DNA from: Azolla caroliniana
Lineage: Eukaryota; Plantae; Polypodiophyta
NCBI GenBank assembly: GCA_043228905.1
Contig: JBHGNT010000011.1
Span: forward strand, 14,942,001-15,006,000
Length of the DNA stretch: 64,000 bases
Reading direction: 5' to 3'
Shown here: in pieces, positions 1 to 8,994 of the stretch
How the letters are laid out: every line of letters begins with the position of its first letter
Position numbering within the stretch: position 1 is the first letter of the stretch
The notes under the pieces: model-generated
What the model saw: only the letters and a program-made list of their open reading frames with translations
What the model was told of the DNA's origin: nothing
Databases searched by the model: none
Translations under genes and position numbers: made by a program

Positions 1-121
1 TGGCTTAGTAGTCACATCCATCATTTCGTGTGCAAAGTATACAGTCACGCGTCCATCCGTGTAGGGGCCGGTTCACGCGCTTTCTCTCCAATTCCGCCTA
101 TGGCCGGTTTTCTTCACGACA
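1..121 (-). mobile_element. Start (U3) of the 3' LTR of minus-strand Ty3/Gypsy element X; continues beyond the window
   Basis: Reverse complement begins TGTCGTGAAGAAAACCGGCC directly after the PPT. Matches 6645-6765 with about 6 mismatches in 121 nt. Confidence 0.85.
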
Positions 122-146
122 TCCACCCCCACCAAACCGCGCATCC
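122..146 (-). promoter_or_regulatory. Polypurine-tract region of element X
   Basis: Minus strand reads GGATGCGCGGTTTGGTGGGGGTGGA|TG. The same block precedes the LTRs at 14211 and 17917. Confidence 0.8.
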
Positions 147-243
147 ACCGGTATGCGCCAGAGACGGGTAGATATCGAAGAAACCCGGCCTCATTCGTTG
201 CTCTCCGGTTCTCCGTCGGACCCGAACTGATCGTCGTTGTCGT

Positions 244-647
244 AGGGGAGGGCTGATATAGAAGGGAAGCCGAGCTCTCTCTCTACTCCTCGAGCCGTCC
301 TTCTCTGTGGGTCCGTCGCCGCCTGTGGGAGTGCGCTGCCTCTGCTTCGTGGACAGCCTGTGTGCTTCCAGCAGAGTCGCTCCCTTTTCCCTTTGTTTCT
401 TGGAGTCGGGTGACTGTCGTCGGTGTGCGTGAGTAGGGTCCCCATGTCGGGTCCGTCGCCGCCACGTCGGTTGTAACTGTTAGGGATTCTAATCTCTTGC
501 CATTATAATTAAGTGTTACGATTCTATCTCTTTCCTTCTCGCTTTTCGTGTCAGTGAATATCTCTCTGTCTCTCTCTCTCTCGCTCCTCGGTCCAAGACC
601 CCCGTGGTCCCGCCCCTTTCCACACATACGCACGTAATAACGCGACA
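244..647 (+). mobile_element. Distal part (R/U5) of the 5' LTR of element X, lying inside the inverted segment
   Basis: Ends in the family U5 terminus ...TAATAACGCGACA (647), followed by the PBS. Its start overlaps the end of the inverted LTR piece at 6515-6765. Confidence 0.75.
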
Positions 648-651
648 TCTT

Positions 652-669
652 TGGTGAACCCGACATGAA
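652..669 (+). promoter_or_regulatory. Primer binding site, tRNA-Trp
   Basis: TGGTGAACCCGACATGAA has one mismatch to the complement of the plant tRNA-Trp(CCA) 3' end (recalled sequence ...TTCACGTCGGGTTCACCA). Confidence 0.85.
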
Positions 670-691
670 GAGGCAGCAAAGGAGTTGAAAG

Positions 692-2800
692 ATGAGGGGA
701 TCGGAGCTAGCGGAGGCAATGACGGTGGCCGTCGACCGGCTGGTGAGCGCTCGTGAGGGAACGGGTACCCTCGACAGAGCCATTGAATCGATCGTCGGCT
801 CTATAGGCTGTTTCGGAGGGAAAGACGCCACAAGTTATTTGGAAGCTTACCGGGCCGAAATGATCATGAGGGATATCCCGGTGGACAGGCGGCTGTCCGG
901 ATTCCCTCGGGTGGTGATGTCAGGCATCCATGCGGAGGTGCTCGAGGTGTTGGTTGGGTGCCAGACTTGGGAGGAGTTCGAGCTGCAACTCCTCGAGAAG
1001 TACGGGTTTGACGACTCGCTCCGGCTGTCGAGGGGGGACTTCATGGCGTGGGTGGAAAGCCCTAGAAAAGGGAGGAACACATCGGTGCTCCTCTAGGAGT
1101 TCGAAAAACGGTTCGCGCGGCTGTCGACACTGGACCAGACGGTGCTCGAAACAAGTCGAGTGCTGATGTTTGTCAAGTCGGTGGATGCGCTCGACAGGGA
1201 AAAGGTGGGTCCCCTATTGGAAACGGAGGAAGGGCTCATGACAGATTGGGCCATGGTAAAACGGGTCTGCAGCCGTTTCGACAAACGGCGCGATTGGAGC
1301 GACGGAAGCACATGGAGGCTCGAGGAGCCGGTTTCGGTGCCGGCTGGGAGGAAGGAAGAGACCCGAATCTGGCCGGAGTCAGGGTCAGCATCGAGCGACG
1401 TGGTCAAAGGCCCATCCGGAGGAGCGGCTCTGGAGGAGCTAACACAGATGGTGCGCGACCTGCAGATCGCACAGGCCCGGAGAGACAGCGGTGAAAAACC
1501 TCGCGACCGGAGGCCGCCAGCTGGGCAGCGGTGCATTGGTGTGACACGATCGGTCACATTCGGAAGGATTGCGTGGATTTCGCCGACGCGCTCAGGACCA
1601 ACATGGTGTACCTCTGGAACGGGCAGGTGCACGCGAGCGAGACCCGGAGAGCCCTGGAACTGAATACGGGGCGCGGCGGAATGAAGAGGTTAATGGAAGA
1701 GGCCGCGGCACGGCACGTCGAATCCGTTAACTATTCAGTGTTGGCAGGAATTCGGGTCGGGGGTGATGAGACCCGGAAGGCGAAGGACTCTGGATTCTGG
1801 CCGCTAGTGCTAGAAGGCCTCTCCGAAGTTCAGCTAAGGAAGGAAGAGGCAGACCGCGCGGAACAACGGGTCCAGGAGGTCACCGGTTGGGACGATCCGG
1901 TCGAAGAGAAAACGGGCTTCGTAGAAGCCGCTTGCCAGAACTACGAGGTTCTGGTGGAGGACAAACAGGCAGGAAAGGCCGGAGGGGTTGGGCCCCCGAG
2001 GTATGAGACTCGGTTCGGACCAAAACCGACCAGTGCCGGCAACCCAAGCGTGCCAGATGGGAAGAAGTAGGCGGGGTTTCGGTTGAGCACCGAAATCGAG
2101 AGAGCAACGGACCTACGGAAGGTCCTTGAAGAGCGGATCCTCGACAGTAAAGTGGAGCTGTCGTTGCGGGAGGTGCTGGGAATCGCCAAGAGGGAGTTCC
2201 ACGACTCTATCGTAGACTTGGTGAAGCGGAAGAGGCGGTTCGACGGAGCCGGAACCGGAGAAGCCGGTGGAAGTGCGGACCACGCACCTGGAAGACGGAG
2301 CCTTGGAAGATGAGCTAGCAGGAAGCCACTACACGAAGCCGCATTGGGCCAGGGCGACTACGGAAACCCCAGTACAGATCGGCAACGTTCTAGAACCAGT
2401 GGTGGCGTTGGTAGACCATGGATCTGAAATCAACCTGATGTCCATGGATTTCTACAAGAAGGGTAAATGGCCGATCAACACCAAGCATGGCTGGAAGATA
2501 CGGGCAGCAACGCGCGCCACGGAAGAACTACATGGGGCCTGTCCGAACGTACGGGTGAAAATCGGCGATGTCGAGATCGACCAACACTTCTTCGTGCAGG
2601 AGACGTCCTCGCATCCAGTTATACTGGGAGAACCATATATCACGGCGGCACAAATGGAGACCAAGGTGATGGACAATGGTTCAGCCTATGCAAGAGTCAA
2701 GAGCCAGGACGGGCGTCACTCGGTCCAGTTCCTAATGGTGCGACCAAACCACGAGTGTAACCGTGGGGCCCTCGGCAGCGAAACCCGAGGAGATTTTTAG
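692..2800 (+). pseudogene. gag-pro: Ty3/Gypsy gag and aspartic protease of element X (stops and frameshifts)
   Basis: ORF pieces 692-1096, 1142-1663, 1531-2070, 2083-2313, 2267-2800. Zinc knuckle C-x-WC-x3-GH-x4-C near 1530-1575. Protease motif ALVDHGSEINL. Collinear with 8995-11074. Confidence 0.9.
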
Positions 2801-5800
2801 AGAGGGATGTCAAGGCGTGGGGCCGCGATAGTCCGGACACCCGGGAAGAACCCCACAAATGTATAGTACAGAAGAAGACCTGTACCATAGGTAGGAAATT
2901 TTGGTTCTCCAACAGTGGAGGTTGTACTATAACCAGCGTTAGCGGCAGGGAGAGGAAGCGAGCGGAGGAGCGGCTCAGGGGATGCGGAGTCCTCTTCCCC
3001 GACGAGGGCATCAGCGGTGCCATGGAGGCGGTCTCTTTTGACGACACCTTGGGCGAACTACGAAAGGTGATCGGTGAAGACCTTAGAGAAGACCGGACCG
3101 TTCCGGTGGGGTCAATAGGAATATACGAAGTCATCGCAGACTTCGGGGAAAGGATCGGGTCGGATCGGACGGCCCGCGTGGGTACGAAATACAAGACTGT
3201 GGACCGGAAGGTGAGGCCAATCGCGGCACCCTTCCCGGAGGGTAGCGAGGAGCAGATAAAGGGGGTCGCGTCGGACCCAAGTTTACGAAATCCGGCTGGC
3301 ATAGGGCACCGGTTCACCAACATAACGCTACGGGATCTCAAGGTCGGTGGGGGAGGACCGGTTTCGGAGAATGCTCGGGAGGCATGGGAAGGCTTTCGCA
3401 TTCTCACCGGAGGAGATCGGGTGCGTAGACCCGACAATTGTTGAACCAATGGTGATCTTCACGGTACCGCATGTATCGTGGAATCTCAAGCCGATTCCGG
3501 TGCCGAGAGCTCACATCCCGAAGTTGATGGAGCTCCTTAAGCAAAAGGTGGAGATGGGCATCCTCGAACCGTCGAGTGCCCCATATTCGAATCGGTGGTT
3601 TACGGTGCCGAAGAAGAACGGCACACTGCGCTTCATCCAGGACCTACAACCGGTCAACAAGGTGACCATCCGTAATGTAGGGATCGGACCGACCATAGAC
3701 GAGTTCGCGGAGGCCTTCGCTGGAAGGTCGATCTATTCTATCGGTGATCTGTACTCGGGGTACGATCAGTTCTAACTAGCTGTGGAGAGCAGAGACATTA
3801 CGACGATGCGGACTCCTCTCGGCCTGGTGCGGATGTGTACCCTGCCACAAGGAGGGACGAACTCAGTGGCTCACATGGTGAACACGATGAACAAAGTGCT
3901 CAACGATTGTATCCCGGACATCACCATGCCGTTCTTAGACGACATCCCGATCAAGGGATGCCCGGTGGAGAAAAAGGACGAGGCAATCGGGCCATACGGA
4001 TGTCGGAATTTCGTGGCATCCCACATCGATGACTGCGAGAAGGTGCTGCAGAGACTAGAGCGCGCGAGGCTCACCTTCTCCGGGGAAAAGTCGGCCTTCG
4101 GACAGTCGGAGATCTTGGTGGTCGGACACCTATGCGGGCCTTACGATAGGAAACCGTCTCCGGCAAAGGTAGAGGCCATCTCCTCGATGAGGAACGTTTG
4201 CGGGTCGGTCACGGAGGTCCGCAGATTCTTGGGGGCATGCACGTTGTCGCGTTGTTACGCGCGTGCGTGTAGAAGGGCGGGACCACATGGGGTCCTGGAC
4301 TAGGGAGTGGAGGAGAAAGATTAGCTCAAGAGGAGAAGAGAACGAATATGACATTATGATAGAAGAAGAAGATGCAATCCAGATACTCAACAAGAAGTTC
4401 TATTAAGAAATGAATGATTACAACAAATGGTGGCCGCCATGGCCGCACCAAACGACTATATGAAAAACCCTAAAGGAAAACCCAAGAAGAAAACCCCTAA
4501 CCGAAACCCTAACCCTAAAACGAAATGGGAAGAAGTAGAACCCTCGACTAAGTGGTATACCTTACTCACACAAAATAGGCAACCCCCACAATGGTGCCTT
4601 CTCTCTCCTTTTATAGCACAAGGAGGGAAGACCGCTTACAAAAGTGAGACTAAAATATCCCATTTCATTCAAAGGGGATATTTGCCTTGATTTGGGGGAG
4701 GGTGAGATTGATGGCCCCTTAACTCCCACCTCCTCACAAACAACTAGGTACCTATGTACCGCATAGTACCTCACTCTCTCTCTCTCGCGTGGATGTGCGT
4801 ACAACCATATCACCTTTATACCTTTATTACTATTACAAATACATTATGTACGTGTGCAACGTTGCACATCGCTCTTTGGCTCTCATTGCTCGGGTTTCCG
4901 CTTGTGGACGAAAATCTTCACGACAACGTTCTACCACATTTGGATCCCGCACTACGCACATGTCGCGGAACCCCTCTACAGACTATTAAAAAAGGGGCGT
5001 AGCTTTGAGTGGAGGACGGAGCACACGGAGTTGGTTCAGAGACTAAAGGAGGCGCTTACGGCAGCGCCAGCTCTCCGTAAAGCAATTTACGGCAAGGATG
5101 TTCCCATCTGCGTAACGGTGGACACCAGCCCGACCGAGATCGGGTGGGTAATCAATCAGGAGGACAAGGGCGGCACACGATTCCCGATCCGGTTCGGGGC
5201 GAAGGTATTGAGCGAGCGGCAACGAGTGTACGCCCAAGTTAAGCGCGAACTTTGGGGTGTCGTTTCGGCGGTCAAGGCCGACAAGGATTATCTGATCGAG
5301 ACGGAGGTGATTATCGAGACGAACTGCTTGCCGATACTCGGCATGGTTTCCGGATGCGCGACGCCGGACCTAGCAATGCTCCGGTGGATAGCGTACATTA
5401 AGTCCCTAGACCCAGAGATACGGCACATCTCTGGAAAGGACAACGCCATGGCCGACATGCTTTCGAGGGCAAGGTTCAACGACGAAGACGGCATGGTTTC
5501 GGAAGACGAAGAAGTCGGTGAGGACTTCTTCGGGTCGGCTAGCGTAACGACGAGGAAAGGGAACACTCCGGCGCTTAACGAATTTGATGAAAGCAGGTAC
5601 GACGGGGAGTGGCTCCAAATCGGGAGGTTCCTACGGACGATGACGCCGGACGCAACATGGGCGAGAGAGGAGGCGAGCCGGATACGGAGGAAGGCGTACT
5701 GATTCTTCCTGCGGGACGGGTGCATATGGAGGCACCCAAAGAAGAGAAGCGGCATTCCACTCCGAGTAGTGGCAAAGAAAGAAGAACAGGGGAAACTACT

Positions 5801-6514
5801 AACGGCATTTCACGAGAGCCCCTAGGCCGGACACCGCGGAACGTGGGCCACTTTCGAGAAGCTGAAGGAGAAGTACTCATGGCCAGGGTTGTACTAGGAC
5901 ATGCATTGGTTCGTAACGACTTGCGAGAGCTGTCAGATACACTCCGTAGTCCGACACCGGGACGAGCTACACCCGACCTACCCGCCTACGGTCCATTTCA
6001 AGTGGATGGTGGAGTTGGTGACGATGCCGATGGGGGTAGGACAGATGCGATACCTGGTGCTCACACGGGAAGACTTAACGAACCAGGTGGAAGGCCGTGC
6101 ACTGCAAAGCAAGACAACCGCGGCGGTATGCCGGTTCCTGATTGAAGAAGTAGTGTGTCGGTACGGGTGCGTCGGGAGGATCATGGCGGACCGGGGAGAG
6201 CTGGATGCGCGGGAGGCCGAGGAGTTGTTCAACCGGCTGGGCGTCAAACTCTCCCTCACCACGGCGTACAATCCGGAGGCTAACGGAAAGGTGGAACGTG
6301 GGCACGAACCGATTGTAAAGGCGTTGGTGCGTGCATGTGGTGGGCAGGTCAAGAATTGGCCGTGACTCCTTCCTTACGCGCTATGGGCGGACCGGACTAC
6401 GCACAGTTCGGTGACAGGGTTTATGCCGGCGGAGCTAATGTACGGACAAAAGCCGATCATGGTGGTGGAACAGACGGTTTCTTCGTGGGCGGCGGTAGAT
6501 TGGAAGGACGAAAT
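2794..6514 (+). pseudogene. pol: Ty3/Gypsy pol (RT-RNase H-integrase) of element X, split by a solo LTR and truncated in integrase
   Basis: RT motifs WFTVPKKNGTLRFIQDLQPVN, DLYSGYDQF, LPQG and PFLDD. RNase H TVDTS...RELWG. Integrase HHCC and core AYNPEANGKVERGH. RT-RH-INT order is the Gypsy order. Confidence 0.92.
4245..4925 (-). mobile_element. Solo LTR (681 bp) inserted in the pol of element X, with 4-bp TSD ACGT
   Basis: TG...CA ends. ACGT at 4241-4244 and 4926-4929. Removing it restores FLGACTFYHIWIPHY. Similar to the LTR at 15731-16454. Confidence 0.92.
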
Positions 6515-6765
6515 GAGCTCGGCTTCCCTTCCGTAGTAGCCCTCCCCTTCCCCCTCGCGCGCCCCCCCATTTTTCTCTTCTCTTCTTCCTTTTATTCCCT
6601 GTCCCCTCTCTGGGATACGCACAATCCCCTCTAATAAATGTGTGTGGCTTAGTAGTCACATCCATCGGTTCGTGTACAAAGTATACAGTCACGCGTCCAT
6701 TCGTGTAGGGGCCGGTTCACGTGCTTTCTCTCCGATTCCGCCTATGGCCGGTTTTCTTCACGACA
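6515..6765 (-). mobile_element. Proximal part (U3) of the 5' LTR of element X
   Basis: Minus strand starts TGTCGTGAAGAAAACCGGCC at 6765 and matches 1-121. Joined abruptly to integrase sequence at GAGC microhomology. Confidence 0.85.
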
Positions 6766-7303
6766 CCGTTGGATTAGGAGACATCATCTCTTTCTCTTCC
6801 TCTTGTTTAGGGTTTCGTTTCTTCTTCTTTCCTCTGCTTCTTCCTCTTCTTCGTTCTGTGTATCGAACCGGGACATCTAGCGTTTTCGTTGTCTGCCCGT
6901 CCTCTGTGCAAGACCCCACTCGACGCGACGAGCCCGAGTGCTCCCTGACCGGCGGCTTGGCAGTAGACGACTATTGCAACCTGAGCTACTTAGGTCGGGC
7001 TCGATGCTAGTATTGTATCTTATTCTTGTAATACATGTGTGGAGGGTTCTGCGTATCGGTGTCTATGTGGGTGTTTTGGTGTTCTCTTACCTCCGTTTCT
7101 GTACATAAGGGCGTTAGCTGGGTCGGTGTGGTGCATGTGTGTGTGTGTGTGAGTCGGTGTCAAGCACGCGCTCTCTCTCTTTCTCTCTCTCGTTCGGTTG
7201 CTTCCGGAATGCGTCCGGAATCGTCTTCTCGGCTTCCCTTCTTCCCTCGTCCGAGACCCACGTGGTCCCGCCCTTCTACACGCACGCAAATAATAACGCG
7301 ACA
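6766..7303 (+). mobile_element. 3' part of the 5' LTR of element C, interrupted by element X
   Basis: Shares blocks (CAAGACCCCACTCG.CGCGACGAGCCCGAG) with the solo LTR at 22437-23240. Ends ...AATAACGCGACA before the PBS. Confidence 0.85.
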
Positions 7304-7307
7304 TATT

Positions 7308-7325
7308 TGGTGAACCCGACGTGAA
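7308..7325 (+). promoter_or_regulatory. Primer binding site, tRNA-Trp
   Basis: TGGTGAACCCGACGTGAA is an 18-nt perfect complement of the recalled plant tRNA-Trp 3' end. Confidence 0.9.
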
Positions 7326-7340
7326 GGGCAGCAAGGGAGA

Positions 7341-8985
7341 ATGGAGCTGGAACAAGATGACTTCGCGCAACTTTTTGTCGAAGCAGTGAGGGAGTTTGGA
7401 CGGGCAACAGCAAGACGAGAGTCAGCGCAACAAGCGATTGAGCTGGTGGTTGATCGAGTCGGCCGTTTCAATGGGGACAAGGTCCCATTTTACTTGGAAG
7501 CCTACAACGCGTAAATGGAAGTGTGTGGCATAGACGAGGCGTTGAGGCTGGAGTTCTTCTATCGGGTCGTAGCTGTCCGAATGCATGCGGAAGTAAAGGA
7601 GCTCCATGAGGCTCATAGTTCGTGGGAGGCCTTTGAAGAGGCGCTCTTGAAGGCATACGGAGGGCGGCCGAAAGGCCGGGGAAGGTGTGACTTCGACCAA
7701 TGGATATCGTCGGTGAAGACCCACCGGGGCGCAATGAAGGCGTTCTGAGAGTACGAGCGGCGGCTTGCTCGGCTCCCGGAGCGGGAACAAGGTTTGGTGG
7801 GGGCCGACAAAGTCCTATTGTTCGTTAAGTCGATCGACCGAGCGGAACGGGAGGCCATCGAGATTGAGCTCGAAGAAGAGGAAGGAGTGAATGGCCTCAC
7901 CGAGGACTGGTCGAAGGTCGGAAGGGTGTGCGAACGGCTAGATGACAAGCGAGCCGAGAAGGCTAAGAGGAAGGCGCGCAACGGCGTGCCATCACAGCGG
8001 GAAGAGGCCGAACGGCAAAGAGAGTCGGTAAGGGTCAACGTTGGGGCTAGGATTGCGGAGGCGTACGCAGCTCTCGAGGCGATGCTCGAGGAAGAGGAAA
8101 GATCAAGACCGCAAGCCGAGATCAAGGCCGCAAACCGAGACCGAGGAGACGAACTTGCCCCACGCGATGGCGGAAGACTGGTACCACGGTACCACGGGAG
8201 AGAGTGTGGAACATAACGCCCTCTCGACTTGCGGAGAATTGCCGACCGAGGACAAGGTCGGGAGCGGAGAAGAGCCCTCCACGTGGATTCCGGAGACTCC
8301 GATGGTCGTGCCGACATGAGACCGGAGAGAAGGAAGGCACTGACGAGGAGGCCTGGCGCGATGCCAGCGAAGAGGGATGGGAAACGGCCTGCGAGGAGGC
8401 CAAGGACGGAGGCAGCACGGAAAAATCGCCATTCCGATTCGGATGGAGCGTGATCCGGATGTGGATGACTCGACCGAAACCGGCCCAAGGCGCGAAAGAC
8501 CAGGGACGGGCTTTAGAGCCCGATCGGTAGGGTTTGGTTCAGTACGATAGTGCCGGTGCGGAAGAGGGTGCGAAACAAATCGCCCACTTTTACATGAGGA
8601 CACAAGCCGGCCAGGCGAAGGCCACAAATCGGGAAGCTAGCGATCGAGGTTGCGGAGAGAGACCGGCAGGTTTCGGACACAGCTGCCCGAAACTCCGGAT
8701 ATTGGAGAATCAAGTGCAGGCGACACTTGATCGATCGAAGTCCAGATGCTTCTCACCGAATGTGCTTGGGGAGCGGTACCCCGAACGAGCGTCCGCAAAT
8801 CATTACGGGACGGAAACACCACGTCTTATCCGGAGACTCAGGCAACCGGCAACGAGCGCCGGCGTGAGACCTGGAGAGATGGCAGATGGAGGTGGGTACG
8901 CGAGAAGTAGAGCAACGACGAGTTCGAGAGAAGTACAAAGGATGAAGAGGAGAACGAAGACCGGTCCTACTGAGATCCTCACACC
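7341..8985 (+). pseudogene. Divergent Gag-like ORF with an acidic low-complexity tail (element C)
   Basis: GRFNGDKVPFYLEAY, WEAFEEALLKAYG and VLLFVKSIDRAERE...GLTEDWSKV align with the autonomous Gag N-terminal domain. No zinc knuckle or protease seen. Confidence 0.7.
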
Positions 8986-8994
8986 GAGTTGAAG

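Noticed and set aside
4460-4520. AAACCCTAA telomere-like motifs
   Set aside because: Scattered telo-box motifs inside an LTR, not a telomeric array.
7613-8488. Long antisense ORFs in the TE block (also 2697-3449, 5288-5755, 12477-13040)
   Set aside because: Shadows of GC-rich sense coding frames; no recognisable domains.
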